Shown: positions 1 through 11,624, numbered from the whole stretch's first letter. The stretch: 63,230 nt of DNA, filler included, from 13 parts of 13 records of this genome joined end to end with filler, not necessarily neighbours in it, one strand, 5' to 3'. Notes: generated from the sequence alone by a model not told the origin. Numbers and translations: made by a program.

Positions 1-30
1 ATAAGACGCGGCAAGCGTCGCATCAGGCAT
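1..30. repeat. REP (PU) element, truncated at window start
   Basis: ATAAGACGCGGCAAGCGTCGCATCAGGCA matches the enterobacterial REP consensus. Confidence 0.85.
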
Positions 31-53
31 GATGCGCCAATTGCCTACGTTTT

Positions 54-962
54 TTACTCTTGTGGCCATAACCACGCAGCGCCGCGTACGCCGCTGGAAT
101 CACCGTGCTTCGCCTTACGCACCGGCGTTTCACATTCGCCGCCGAAGACAAATTGTTTAATCAACTGCCCAACCGTTTGATATAAACGGTCTACATTGCT
201 CATCCCGCCCCCCAGGACAATCACATCCGGATCGAGAATATTCACGACATGTGCCAGCGATTTTGCCAGCCGCAGCTCGTAGCGACGCAATGCCAGTTCC
301 GCTACCGGATCGCTTTCTTCAACCAGGCGGATAATTTCACTGCCTTTCAGCGCATGTCCGCTCAAACGACGATAATCCATCGCGAATCCCGTGCCCGAAA
401 TAAAGGTTTCAATACAACCTTGTTTACCGCAATAACAAGGGACTTCCTCGCGATAACGCAGTTCGTCTTCGTCCATCCACGGTAGCGGATTGTGTCCCCA
501 CTCACCTGCCGTGCCATTGCCGCCGATATGCGCCCGCCCATTGAATGCCACGCCCGCGCCGCATCCCGTGCCGATAATCACGGCAAATACCGTCTGCGCT
601 CCCGCTGCCGCGCCATCTACTGCTTCTGAAACCGCCAGACAGTTAGCGTCATTTGCCAGCCGCACTTCCCGCTGCAACCTCGCGCTTAAGTCTTTATCGA
701 ATGGCTGACCGTTGAGCCAGGTTGAATTGGCATTCTTCACCACACCGGTGTAAGGCGAAATTGAGCCAGGAATGCCCATACCTACCGTTCCGCGCTGCCC
801 CGTCGCCTGCTCCGCCATATCAACCAACGTGGCGATCGTTTCAATAGTCTGCCGGTAATCATCACGCGGCGTGGGCAGACGATGGCGGTACAACTGCTCC
901 CCTGCATCGCCCAGTGCAATCACTTCAGTTTTGGTGCCGCCTAAATCGATACCTATACGCAC
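54..962 (-). CDS. mak: Fructokinase / manno(fructo)kinase, ROK family
   Basis: GTG start gives [11 protein letters not shown], 302 aa; ROK motif GEWGH...CYCGKQGC; divergent from rdgC. Confidence 0.95.
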
Positions 963-1086
963 GGTACTCTCCTTATTTTTTTCAATATCAATAGCGTAGA
1001 GACGGACAACCGGATTGGCAATGCAAGGCCGCCGACAATTCGTTATCATGCCCGCTAAATTTAACGACAAGGCCGTGGAAATTATC

Positions 1087-1998
1087 ATGCTGTGGTTCAA
1101 AAATTTAATGGTTTACCGTCTTAGCCGCGAGATTTCGCTGCGTGCAGAAGAGATGGAAAAACAGCTAGCCTCGATGGCATTTACCCCATGCGGCAGCCAG
1201 GACATGGCGAAGATGGGCTGGGTTCCTCCGATGGGATCGCACAGCGATGCGTTAACGCACGTTGCCAATGGTCAAATTGTTATCTGCGCGCGCAAAGAAG
1301 AAAAAATCCTCCCGTCTCCGGTGATTAAACAGGCGCTGGAAGCGAAAATCGCCAAACTGGAAGCGGAACAGGCGCGTAAGCTGAAGAAAACCGAAAAAGA
1401 TTCGCTGAAAGACGAAGTGCTGCACTCTCTGCTGCCGCGTGCTTTCAGCCGTTTTAGCCAGACAATGATGTGGATCGACACGGTTAACGGTTTGATTATG
1501 GTGGACTGCGCCAGTGCCAAAAAAGCGGAAGATACGCTGGCATTACTGCGTAAAAGCCTGGGGTCGTTACCGGTTGTACCATTGAGCATGGAAAACCCGA
1601 TTGAACTGACGCTGACCGAATGGGTTCGCTCCGGTAGTGCGGCACAGGGCTTCCAGCTGCTTGATGAAGCCGAGCTGAAATCGTTGCTGGAAGATGGCGG
1701 CGTGATCCGCGCGAAGAAACAAGATCTGACCAGCGAAGAGATCACCAATCACATTGAAGCCGGAAAAGTGGTGACTAAACTGGCGCTCGACTGGCAGCAG
1801 CGCATTCAGTTTGTGATGTGCGACGATGGTTCGCTCAAGCGTCTGAAGTTCTGCGACGAGCTGCGCGATCAAAACGAAGATATCGACCGTGAAGATTTCG
1901 CCCAGCGTTTTGATGCCGATTTCATCCTGATGACTGGTGAACTGGCAGCGTTAATTCAAAACCTGATTGAAGGATTAGGTGGCGAAGCACAACGTTAA
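1087..1998 (+). CDS. rdgC: Recombination-associated nucleoid protein RdgC
   Basis: [12 protein letters not shown] start, 303 aa, C-terminal RFDADFILM motif. Confidence 0.97.
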
Positions 1999-2014
1999 TT
2001 GCTGATTTTCCTTT

Positions 2015-2057
2015 AATGCCGGATGCGACGCCTGCCGCGTCTTATCCGGCGTACGAA
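2015..2057. repeat. REP element
   Basis: GCCGGATGCGACGCCTGCCGCGTCTTATCCGGCGTACG. Confidence 0.9.
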
Positions 2058-2155
2058 GCCACACCAGGCATATAATTATTCGCTACGGCGAGCAATAATT
2101 TTTAGCGCAGCAATATTATGCGTTTTACGCTGTAACTTGCTCCATGGACGTTGTG

Positions 2156-2437
2156 TCATTGTTTTTCCTCAAGCCGGTGACGCGCTTCACTGCGAATTTT
2201 CCGCGTTGCCCCGGTTTTCACTAAATCACGTAACAGCGAAAGATCGGGTTGTTCGACAAATAAGAGTAATGATGGATCCTCTTTTAACCACGCCGTTTTC
2301 ACATCGGCAGCCAGCTGTGGATTATTAATAGCCAGCGACCGATCCTGAGGCTCAGTCAATGTCGTTAACAACAACGCCGGGGTATGTGCGTTGCGCAATG
2401 CCGTTTGGCGTAAATGATCATTGCGACTTTGCAGCAA
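2156..2437 (-). CDS. ykiA: Uncharacterised protein YkiA (possibly a gene remnant)
   Basis: 93-aa ORF MLQSRNDHLRQ at the K-12 position between ppnP and rdgC. Confidence 0.75.
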   Translation of the reverse strand: MLQSRNDHLRQTALRNAHTPALLLTTLTEPQDRSLAINNPQLAADVKTAWLKEDPSLLLFVEQPDLSLLRDLVKTGATRKIRSEARHRLEEKQ

Positions 2438-2644
2438 TGCACGCCACCATTCATCATCTGATTTATCTTTTATCGTAGCCAGTTCCGCAACAATATCTGG
2501 AGATCTTCACTGATATTTATATCAACCTTGATAAATTATGAATATATCGGAAATTGAAAAAATCGCAGCAAAGGAAATATTATTATGGGCTAAAGAAAGG
2601 ATATTTCAGAAAAATGCCCTCCCGTTCAAGGGGAAGGCGAGGAA

Positions 2645-2929
2645 TTACAGATAGCGGCACAGATAAGAGGTGGGTTCGGCAACTTGCAGATGAAACTCAC
2701 TGTGACCGGGAACATTAAACACCGAACCGGCTTCATACACCTGCCAGTCGGTCGCGTCAGGCAGTAACACATTCAGCGCGCCACTGATTACCGTCATCTC
2801 TTCCGGCTCAGCGGTGCTGAAGGTGTATTCGCCTTCAACCATAACACCCACGCTGGCGCGACCAGTGCTGCTGCTGGAAAAGCCGATTGATTTCACTTTG
2901 CCGGAAAAGTACTCATTACTTTGAAGCAT
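2645..2929 (-). CDS. ppnP: Pyrimidine/purine nucleoside phosphorylase PpnP (YaiE)
   Basis: 94 aa, [17 protein letters not shown], cupin-like. Confidence 0.95.
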
Positions 2930-3000
2930 AAACTGGCCCTGTTTGGTAGTTGAACATCTACTTCACTATAGGGGCCAGAGGCGCTGGCTGTCACGCAAAA

Positions 3001-3678
3001 TTACACCAGTAATTCCGCAGCCAGCCGTGCAATCAATACGTTAGACAGCAAGACAGGAACATCGAGCTGTTTTTGCAGTAAATCGCGATGACGTTGGTGA
3101 AATCCTAAACAATCCAGCATGATGACATCAGCCCCTTTTGCCAGTAATTCTTTCCCGGCATCAATGATTTTTTGTTCTGAATCATGAATGGGGTTACCCA
3201 ATGAAAATACCGGCGATTTCTGCAAAATTTGCCATTTTTGCGCCTGAACGGGCAGCATCTCCTCAACCGGAACGATAACCCCCACCTGATGATCTTCAAC
3301 AATAGAGGAAACCAGTGGAGGCAATATTCGCGACGGCTCAAGAAAGATCGTATTACGCGCAGTCATACTACTAATGTTTGCTGTACTCATTAATAAAATG
3401 ACGTCATAACCCTGATTATCGAGCACTTCAACCACACCTTGCAGGTCACGCTCCACTTTGCGACGCGAAACATGGGCCAGCTGGTTGTCATTTAATAATG
3501 TGAGAATGGTGTCTTCGCCTGCTTCTGGCGCGTACTCCGCCATCACTTCTTCACGACTTAACTTCCCCAGCAGGCTATGATGGGAAATATTATCTTCGTC
3601 AATGTATTCCGTCAGGAGCGGCAAAACTTCCTGCATAGGTACAATGCCGATGGTCAGGATCGCCAACGACGCACTCAT
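3001..3678 (-). CDS. aroM: AroM family protein
   Basis: 225 aa with DCLGF motif; aroL-yaiA-aroM order. Confidence 0.95.
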
Positions 3679-3935
3679 TGTTCATCCACCTTACTTTTCT
3701 TTCGTCGTTAATTACCGGGCAAGTGTGAAGCACCACTGCTGACACTTACTTGTGCTACAAATGACAAAAAGCGTAGCAGCAGACGTGCACGGCATAATGT
3801 AAAGATTCCAAATGATTCCAGTAATGGATTGTTATTGTTTAATATTCTAATTATTAGAAAAACATGAATTATGAAAAATGTGACGCAGATCCCTTGTAGT
3901 GGCACTCAGAATCCCTTCCGAGCAGTCTGATGCGG

Positions 3936-4136
<201 letters not shown>

Positions 4137-4176
4137 TTATTTCACGGGATGAACGTTAAGTATAGGCGCTCGAAAA

Positions 4177-4701
4177 TCAACAATTGATCGTCTGTGCCAG
4201 GGCGCTGCGAATTTCAGAAATCACCTGGCTGGGTTCGTTTGTTGCGTCGATGATAATATGCGCAACTTCGCGATATAGCGCATCGCGTTCTTCCAGCACT
4301 TCCTGAACTTCTTCGCTCAGCGGTTTTCCCGTTAAGGTTGGCCGTAAATCTTCTTCCGGTGCAGCTTGCAGTCGGTTAACCAGGACTGATACTGGCGCAC
4401 ACAAATAAACCACGATCCCGTTATTTTGCATGAAGTGACGATTAAATTCCGTCAGAATAATGCCGCCGCCTGTAGCGATAACGGTGGATGGCGCAGTTAC
4501 CGCTTCCAGCGCCGCCGTTTCTCTGGCGCGAAATCCCGCCCACTCTTCCCTTTCGACGATCTCCGCGACCGTCATATTGAGCTGTGATTGCAACCACTGA
4601 TCGGTATCGACAAACCGACGGTTAAGCGAATCGGCAAGGGCCATTCCGACCGTTGTTTTACCACAGCCCCGAGGCCCGATCAGAAAAAGAGGTTGTGTCA
4701 T
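4177..4701 (-). CDS. aroL: Shikimate kinase II
   Basis: P-loop GPRGCGKTT, 174 aa. Confidence 0.97.
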
Positions 4702-4767
4702 CGTGGGTTTTCCCCAATAGGTCGCAATGCGGCGAAAGCCGGTGTCATGAGAATAGCGATCATACCA

Positions 4768-4882
4768 TCAAACTAGTACAATTTCGATTGTAAAGAAAAA
4801 ATTCCACTTAAAGTGAAAATCTCAATACACCCCTTACTATACCAATAAATATTCAAGAATGAAGTGTAAATAATAAATTACA
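4768..4882 (-). promoter_or_regulatory. aroL control region: TrpR operator-like site and TyrR boxes
   Basis: GTACTAGTT on the minus strand near 4771-4779; TGTAAA-N6-ATTACA at 4865-4882 and TGTAAA-N6-ATTCCA at 4789-4806; TyrR/TrpR control of aroL is established. Confidence 0.75.
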
Positions 4883-4883
4883 T

Positions 4884-5342
4884 TTAGCCACGACTACGTT
4901 GCACTTCCAGCCACCACTTCTCCAGCTCCGCGGCAAAGGCCTGGCGGTCACGTTGTGAAAGGCTATCTGGTCCGCCGGTCTGGATCCCACTGGCACGTAA
5001 GGTATCCATAAAATCGCGCATCGTCAGGCGCTCACGAATGGTCGCTGGCGTGTAACGTTCGCCGCGCGGATTAAGCGCCGCAGCGCCTTTCTCGATGGCT
5101 TCAGCAGCCAAAGGTATATCTGCGGTGATCACCAAATCGCCCGCTTCACACTGCCGGACAATTTCGTTATCGGCAACGTCGAAACCTGCCGCGACGCGCA
5201 GCGTACGAATAAATCGCGATGGCGGCACGCGTAAACTCTGGTTTGCTACCAGTACCAGCGGCATCTGCATACGTTCCGCCGCGCGATACAAAATCTCTTT
5301 AATTACATTGGGACACGCGTCGGCATCCACCCAAATTGTCAT
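4884..5342 (-). CDS. yaiI: YaiI/YqxD family (UPF0178) protein
   Basis: [11 protein letters not shown] start, 152 aa. Confidence 0.93.
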   Translation of the reverse strand: MTIWVDADACPNVIKEILYRAAERMQMPLVLVANQSLRVPPSRFIRTLRVAAGFDVADNEIVRQCEAGDLVITADIPLAAEAIEKGAAALNPRGERYTPATIRERLTMRDFMDTLRASGIQTGGPDSLSQRDRQAFAAELEKWWLEVQRSRG

Positions 5343-5461
5343 AAAGTCATCCTTTGTTGGGTAATCCTCTATTGTGTCGCGCTTTTGCCTTCCGGCATAG
5401 TTCTGTTTATGCTTCTGCCAGCGATTATCAAAACAATGAATTTCACGGCAGGAGTGAGGCA

Positions 5462-6271
5462 ATGGAAAAGAAAATCGGTTTTATTGGCTGCGGCAATATG
5501 GGAAAAGCCATTCTCGGCGGTCTGATTGCCAGCGGTCAGGTGCTTCCAGGGCAAATCTGGGTATACACCCCCTCCCCGGATAAAGTCGCCGCCCTGCATG
5601 ACCAGTTCGGCATCAACGCCGCAGAATCGGCGCAAGAAGTGGCGCAAATCGCCGACATCATTTTTGCTGCCGTTAAACCTGGCATCATGATTAAAGTGCT
5701 TAGCGAAATCACCTCCAGCCTGAATAAAGACTCTCTGGTCGTTTCTATTGCTGCAGGTGTCACGCTCGACCAGCTTGCCCGCGCGCTGGGCCATGACCGG
5801 AAAATTATCCGCGCCATGCCGAACACTCCCGCACTGGTTAATGCCGGGATGACCTCCGTAACGCCAAACGCGCTGGTAACCCCAGAAGATACCGCTGATG
5901 TGCTGAATATTTTCCGCTGCTTTGGCGAAGCGGAAGTAATTGCTGAGCCGATGATCCACCCGGTGGTCGGTGTGAGCGGTTCTTCGCCAGCCTACGTATT
6001 TATGTTTATCGAAGCGATGGCCGACGCCGCCGTGCTGGGCGGGATGCCACGCGCCCAGGCGTATAAATTTGCCGCTCAGGCGGTAATGGGTTCCGCAAAA
6101 ATGGTGCTGGAAACGGGAGAACATCCGGGGGCACTGAAAGATATGGTCTGCTCACCGGGAGGCACCACCATTGAAGCGGTACGCGTACTGGAAGAGAAAG
6201 GCTTCCGTGCTGCAGTGATCGAAGCGATGACGAAGTGTATGGAAAAATCAGAAAAACTCAGCAAATCCTGA
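5462..6271 (+). CDS. proC: Pyrroline-5-carboxylate reductase
   Basis: [16 protein letters not shown] and CSPGGTT motifs; 269 aa. Confidence 0.98.
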   Translation: MEKKIGFIGCGNMGKAILGGLIASGQVLPGQIWVYTPSPDKVAALHDQFGINAAESAQEVAQIADIIFAAVKPGIMIKVLSEITSSLNKDSLVVSIAAGVTLDQLARALGHDRKIIRAMPNTPALVNAGMTSVTPNALVTPEDTADVLNIFRCFGEAEVIAEPMIHPVVGVSGSSPAYVFMFIEAMADAAVLGGMPRAQAYKFAAQAVMGSAKMVLETGEHPGALKDMVCSPGGTTIEAVRVLEEKGFRAAVIEAMTKCMEKSEKLSKS

Positions 6272-6287
6272 TGACTTTCGCCGGACG

Positions 6288-7403
6288 TCAGGCCGCCACT
6301 TCGGTGCGGTTACGTCCGGCTTTCTTTGCTTTGTAAAGCGCCAAATCTGCCGATTTCAACCACTCACGATAGTGACTCATTTGTGGGTTCAGCGGCGCAA
6401 CCCCCACACTAATCCGTAAAGTTACCTGTGGCGTATTCGGCAAACGTAATGTATTTAGCCCTTCATGCACCCGTAACATGGCGGTAATGGCGCTCTCAGC
6501 TGGCGTACCGGACATGATTACTGCAAACTCATCGCCGCCAAACCGACCAATCACATCGCTACCGCGCAGGGTAATTTGTAACTGTCGGGTAAGCGCCACA
6601 ATCGCTTCATCGCCCACATCATGGCCCCAGGTATCGTTGATGCTCTTGAAATGGTCGATATCGATAATCAGTAACGTTGCATCGCGATTATGCCGCCGAC
6701 AGTTATCAAATTCATTGCGTAACATAGTTTCCCAATGACGTCGGTTATACACGCCCGTCATGCCGTCGCGGGTACTCATGACCTGCAACCTGCGTTTATG
6801 TTCCGCCAGTTTGGTTGCCGTCTGGTAGCTGACCCAGCCAAACAGCAGAGGATAAATGACAATAATGGGAAGGGAGAGCCACCATTCCAGCGGCGCACTA
6901 TTGAACGACACGGTAATGCCCGTCAGCTCGAGGGTGACAAGGCAGGAAACCACCATCAACACCAGACCCGCGACAAACAGACGGGGGCCGCCTGCCCCCA
7001 TCAAATTCAGACACATAATCATCAACATCGCGGTGGAAGGCAGCACGTTTACGCCCATTACGCCTACCCACATTCCCGCTAATACTGCATCGGTTTTTAA
7101 GTTGTAAATTTCCCGGCTAAGCGGATCGACGGCCCTGCTCGCTATCTGCCAGGCTAAATGCGGCCAGACGAACGCCCAGCCGACCAACACCAGCCACCAC
7201 CAGCCCGGCGGCGGGTGTGAAACCAGCGTTGAAGCAATCGGTAAGAACATGCCAGCCAGGCCAACCGCACGGGGTAGTCTGACGCGACGGGCGAAGCGCA
7301 GCCCGGACCGCTGATGTTCGTTTTGAGGAGTTAAAGGAGGTTCCTCCCCGTGCGCCGCCGCTTTTTTGAAAAAGTTTTCATCATTCATTATTTTTGGGAA
7401 CAT
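6288..7403 (-). CDS. dgcC: Diguanylate cyclase DgcC (AdrA/YaiC), MASE2-GGDEF
   Basis: N-terminal TM segments, RFGGDEF motif, 371 aa. Confidence 0.96.
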   Translation of the reverse strand: MFPKIMNDENFFKKAAAHGEEPPLTPQNEHQRSGLRFARRVRLPRAVGLAGMFLPIASTLVSHPPPGWWWLVLVGWAFVWPHLAWQIASRAVDPLSREIYNLKTDAVLAGMWVGVMGVNVLPSTAMLMIMCLNLMGAGGPRLFVAGLVLMVVSCLVTLELTGITVSFNSAPLEWWLSLPIIVIYPLLFGWVSYQTATKLAEHKRRLQVMSTRDGMTGVYNRRHWETMLRNEFDNCRRHNRDATLLIIDIDHFKSINDTWGHDVGDEAIVALTRQLQITLRGSDVIGRFGGDEFAVIMSGTPAESAITAMLRVHEGLNTLRLPNTPQVTLRISVGVAPLNPQMSHYREWLKSADLALYKAKKAGRNRTEVAA

Positions 7404-7504
7404 TCAGAAACAATTTTCCCAAATTATAGAGACGGAGCTAAAGGCAGAAGTATGATATTTCGGGTGAGCCATTTTCGTAGCTCACCCGTTAGCACTATCA
7501 GGTA

Positions 7505-7825
7505 TCAGGCGGCTTTCTTGAGGCAGGCACTCATAAACTTATTACGATCATCACCTTTCAGAGATTGTTGTGTTGCTTGATTATTGCATTCGCGCATCTT
7601 TTGCTGCTGTGGCGTCAAACTTTTTTCGCCAGGCGCAGACTTGCTGTTCTTCAGGCAATCACTCATGTAGGTCTTACGAGCATCCCCTTTCAACGCCTGC
7701 GCCGTCGCCTGCTGATTACAGGAGGTCATACGCTGTTGTTGTGGGGTTAAAGTTCTCTCGGCAGCGCCGACGGTGGTTAAAAAAACCAGACCGAAAAGCA
7801 AGGTAACCAGTAATGTTATTTTCAT
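7505..7825 (-). CDS. psiF: Phosphate-starvation-inducible protein PsiF
   Basis: Signal peptide plus two TPQQQ.M..CN.QA repeats; downstream of phoA. Confidence 0.95.
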   Translation of the reverse strand: MKITLLVTLLFGLVFLTTVGAAERTLTPQQQRMTSCNQQATAQALKGDARKTYMSDCLKNSKSAPGEKSLTPQQQKMRECNNQATQQSLKGDDRNKFMSACLKKAA

Positions 7826-7899
7826 AGCACCATCCCTCTTCATGTTTTAACCATGAGCGTATGCGCCCGTGATCTGCCATTAAGTCTGGTTGCTAACAG

Positions 7900-7945
7900 C
7901 AAAAAAACCACCCGGCAGCGAAAATTCACTGCCGGGCGCGGTTTT
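7900..7945 (-). terminator. Hairpin/U-tract after phoA
   Basis: CCCGGCAG...CTGCCGGG stem followed by a T run on the minus strand. Confidence 0.7.
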
Positions 7946-8636
7946 ATTTCAGCCCCAGAGCGGCTTTCATGGTGTAGAAGAGATCGGTCTGGTCGGTAAT
8001 CGATCCTTTTCCGCCTTTTTCCAGAGCGTTACCCGGACATTTTTCACTGGTCGCGCTCGGACCGTAGCATTTGCGCGAGGTCACATGTGCCACCAGCGCA
8101 GCGGGCGTGGCATCCTGCAACTCTGCGGTAGAAACGTTACCGGTCGCCAGACCTGCGGCTTTTGCCATTTCCAGAATCGTTGGGTGATCTTTTTCGTGAA
8201 TATCGACGCCCAGCGCGCCGTTATAGGTTTTGACACCGGTTGACCAGGCGGTTGCTGATGCAGCCGAGTCGGTGACGTAGTCCGGTTTGCCGGTTTTTTT
8301 ATTCAGCGCATAGTGAGTGTATTGCCCGGTAAGCGGTAAGGCATCTATACCTTTAAAAAAGCCGCCCGCACCTTCGGCATAATTACGTGCGGCAGTAATT
8401 TCCGAGTCCCCCATCCCATCGCCAATCAGCAAAATAATATTTTTTGCAGGTTTATCGCTAAGAGAATCACGCAGAGCGGCAGTCTGATCACCCGTTAAAC
8501 GGCGAGCACCGCCGGGTGCAGTAATATCGCCCTGAGCAGCCCGGTTTTCCAGAACAGGCATTTCTGGTGTCCGGGCTTTTGTCACAGGGGTAAACAGTAA
8601 CGGTAAGAGTGCCAGTGCAATAGTGCTTTGTTTCAC
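7944..8636 (-). pseudogene. phoA: Alkaline phosphatase with a large internal in-frame deletion (230 aa versus 471 aa)
   Basis: Signal peptide (M)[10 protein letters not shown] and active-site DSAAS are present, but GKGSIT is fused directly to the C-terminal [16 protein letters not shown]. Confidence 0.93.
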
Positions 8637-8683
8637 TTTATTTTCTCCATGTACAAATACATTAAAAAATAAAAACAAAAGCG

Positions 8684-8705
8684 ACTATAAGTCTCGGCCG
8701 TGACA
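8684..8705 (-). promoter_or_regulatory. phoA promoter: -10 element and 3' half of the Pho box (cut by contig end)
   Basis: Minus strand reads TGTCACGGCCGAGACTTATAGT. Confidence 0.7.
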
Positions 8706-8805
8706 NNNNNNNNNNNNNNNNNNNNNNNNNNNNNNNNNNNNNNNNNNNNTTAATTAATTAANNNNNNNNNNNNNNNNNNNNNNNNNNNNNNNNNNNNNNN
8801 NNNNN
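8706..8805. other. Artificial contig spacer (first of 12)
   Basis: N-run, TTAATTAATTAA, N-run; same 100-nt spacer at 18072, 26116, 35115, 39462, 41679, 44128, 46391, 48927, 51140, 57956 and 60427. Confidence 0.99.
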
Positions 8806-8897
8806 GCGGCGTGAACGCCTTATCCGGCCTACATAATCACGCAAATTCAATATATTGCAGAGATCATGTAGGCCGGATAAACGTAGTGCATCAGGCA
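8806..8897. repeat. REP pair / BIME
   Basis: GCGGCGTGAACGCCTTATCCGGCCTAC ... GTAGGCCGGATAA with an AT-rich linker (AAATTCAATATATTG). Confidence 0.9.
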
Positions 8898-8920
8898 AAA
8901 CGTAAACAACGAGTACATTA

Positions 8921-9652
8921 ATGAGCGAAATGATTTACGGCATCCACGCAGTGCAGGCCCTGCTGGAGCGCGCCCCTGAACGTTTTCAGGAAGTCTTTAT
9001 TTTAAAAGGCCGTGAAGATAAACGTCTGTTACCGCTGATTCACGCCCTTGAGTCTCAGGGCGTGGTTATCCAGTTGGCAAACCGCCAATATCTCGACGAG
9101 AAAAGCGACGGTGCCGTGCATCAGGGCATTATCGCCCGCGTGAAGCCAGGACGTCAGTATCAGGAAAACGATCTGCCGGATCTGATCGCTTCGCTCGATC
9201 AACCGTTCCTGCTGATCCTCGACGGCGTAACCGATCCGCACAACCTCGGCGCGTGCCTGCGTAGTGCGGACGCCGCAGGCGTTCATGCGGTGATTGTGCC
9301 GAAAGATCGCTCCGCACAGCTCAACGCTACGGCGAAAAAAGTAGCCTGCGGCGCGGCAGAAAGCGTTCCGCTGATTCGGGTGACTAACCTTGCGCGCACC
9401 ATGCGTATGTTGCAGGAAGAGAATATCTGGATCGTCGGTACGGCAGGCGAGGCGGATCATACACTCTATCAGAGCAAAATGACCGGACGCCTGGCGCTGG
9501 TGATGGGTGCGGAAGGTGAAGGTATGCGTCGCCTGACTCGTGAACATTGCGATGAGTTGATCAGCATCCCGATGGCTGGAAGCGTTTCTTCCCTGAACGT
9601 TTCGGTTGCGACCGGAATTTGCTTATTTGAAGCGGTGCGCCAGCGCAGCTAA
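8921..9652 (+). CDS. rlmB: 23S rRNA Gm2251 2'-O-methyltransferase
   Basis: SPOUT motifs [23 protein letters not shown]; 243 aa. Confidence 0.97.
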
Positions 9653-9667
9653 TTTCTCAGAATTATG

Positions 9668-9700
9668 AAAAGCCATCCAGATTTGGATGGTTTTTTTTTG
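9668..9700 (+). terminator. Rho-independent terminator after rlmB
   Basis: GCCATCCAGATTTGGATGGT followed by a long T run. Confidence 0.85.
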
Positions 9701-9779
9701 TTCTATAGCTGGTAAGATAATTACGTATTGCAAATATTCATTTTATTAATATTTAAACTTAATCTATATGGAATAATAT

Positions 9780-10181
9780 ATGACATGGAATCCGTTGGCG
9801 CTAGCGACGGCGCTGCAAACTGTACCTGAACAAAATATTGATGTAACAAATAGCGAGAACGCATTAATTATTAAAATGAATGATTATGGCGATTTGCAAA
9901 TCAATATTCTTTTTACTTCCCGCCAAATGATTATCGAAACCTTTATTTGTCCGGTGAGTAGTATCAGCAATCCAGATGAATTTAATACCTTCTTATTAAG
10001 AAATCAGAAGATGATGCCGTTGTCATCGGTAGGGATCTCCAGCGTACAACAGGAAGAGTATTACATTGTTTTCGGGGCGTTATCGCTTAAATCTTCTCTT
10101 GAAGATATCCTGCTTGAGATAACCTCGCTGGTAGATAACGCATTGGATCTGGCTGAAATTACAGAAGAATATTCACACTAA
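9780..10181 (+). CDS. yjfI: YjfI (DUF2170)
   Basis: 133 aa; PLSSVGI and FGALS motifs; synteny. Confidence 0.92.
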   Translation: MTWNPLALATALQTVPEQNIDVTNSENALIIKMNDYGDLQINILFTSRQMIIETFICPVSSISNPDEFNTFLLRNQKMMPLSSVGISSVQQEEYYIVFGALSLKSSLEDILLEITSLVDNALDLAEITEEYSH

Positions 10182-10199
10182 TTACAAGGACGGGTATTT

Positions 10200-10898
10200 A
10201 TGGGAATTTTAAAAAGTTTATTTACGCTGGGGAAATCGTTTATCTCCCAGGCGGAAGAATCCATTGAAGAAACCCAGGGCGTGCGCATGCTGGAACAGCA
10301 TATTCGTGACGCTAAAGCTGAACTCGATAAAGCCGGAAAATCTCGCGTTGATCTGCTGGCGCGGGTGAAATTAAGTCACGATAAGCTGAAAGATTTACGT
10401 GAGCGCAAAGCCAGTCTGGAAGCCCGTGCGCTGGAAGCGTTAAGCAAGAACGTTAATCCGTCGTTGATTAACGAAGTTGCTGAAGAAATCGCGCGCCTTG
10501 AGAATCTCATTACCGCTGAAGAGCAAGTGTTGTCGAATCTGGAAGTCTCCCGTGATGGCGTGGAAAAAGCAGTTACAGCGACAGCGCAGCGTATCGCTCA
10601 GTTTGAGCAGCAAATGGAAGTCGTTAAAGCCACTGAAGCCATGCAGCGTGCACAACAGGCTGTAACAACCTCTACCGTTGGCGCATCTTCCAGCGTTTCG
10701 ACAGCGGCAGAATCCTTAAAACGCCTGCAAACGCGTCAGGCCGAACGTCAGGCTCGCCTGGATGCTGCCGCACAGTTGGAGAAAGTCGCAGACGGTCGCG
10801 ACCTTGACGAAAAGCTGGCGGAAGCCGGAATTGGCGGTAGCAATAAAAGTAGCGCCCAGGATGTATTAGCAAGACTGCAACGCCAACAGGGCGAGTAA
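10200..10898 (+). CDS. yjfJ: PspA/IM30 family protein YjfJ
   Basis: 232-aa coiled coil with PspA-like ends. Confidence 0.93.
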   Translation: MGILKSLFTLGKSFISQAEESIEETQGVRMLEQHIRDAKAELDKAGKSRVDLLARVKLSHDKLKDLRERKASLEARALEALSKNVNPSLINEVAEEIARLENLITAEEQVLSNLEVSRDGVEKAVTATAQRIAQFEQQMEVVKATEAMQRAQQAVTTSTVGASSSVSTAAESLKRLQTRQAERQARLDAAAQLEKVADGRDLDEKLAEAGIGGSNKSSAQDVLARLQRQQGE

Positions 10899-10947
10899 TT
10901 TTTTGCCAGCCTCGCTAAAAGGCTGGCAACTATTTTAAGGATAAAAT

Positions 10948-11607
10948 ATGTCTGGTTTTTTCCAGCGTCTGTTTGGCAAGGATAATAAGCCAGCTATCGC
11001 TCGTGGTCCGCTGGGACTTCATCTCAATAGTGGCTTTACGCTCGACACGTTAGCGTTTCGTTTGCTGGAAGATGAATTGCTGATTGCGCTGCCGGGTGAG
11101 GAATTTACGGTAGCCGCCGTCAGCCACATCGATCTGGGCGGCGGTAGTCAGATTTTCCGCTACTACACTTCAGGCGATGAGTTTCTGCAAATCAATACCA
11201 CCGGCGGCGAAGATATTGATGACATTGATGATATCAAGCTCTTTGTCTATGAAGAGAGCTACGGTATCAGTAAAGAGAGTCACTGGCGCGAGGCGATCAA
11301 CGCCAAAGCGATGGGAGCAATGACCTTAAACTGGCAGGAAAAACGCTGGCAGCGATTTTTTAACAGCGAAGAACCGGGAAATATCGAACCCGTCTACATG
11401 CTGGAAAAAGTAGAAAATCAAAACCATGCCAAATGGGAGGTCCATAATTTTACCATGGGCTACCAACGGCAAGTAACCGAAGATACTTACGAATATTTGC
11501 TGCTAAATGGTGAGGAATCTTTTAACGATCTCGGCGAGCCAGAGTGGTTATTTTCGCGCGCGTTGGGTGTCGATATCCCGCTGACATCACTTCATATTAT
11601 TGGTTAA
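10948..11607 (+). CDS. yjfK: YjfK (DUF2491)
   Basis: 219 aa; synteny. Confidence 0.92.
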   Translation: MSGFFQRLFGKDNKPAIARGPLGLHLNSGFTLDTLAFRLLEDELLIALPGEEFTVAAVSHIDLGGGSQIFRYYTSGDEFLQINTTGGEDIDDIDDIKLFVYEESYGISKESHWREAINAKAMGAMTLNWQEKRWQRFFNSEEPGNIEPVYMLEKVENQNHAKWEVHNFTMGYQRQVTEDTYEYLLLNGEESFNDLGEPEWLFSRALGVDIPLTSLHIIG

Positions 11608-11624
11608 TTACAAGGACGTTTACA

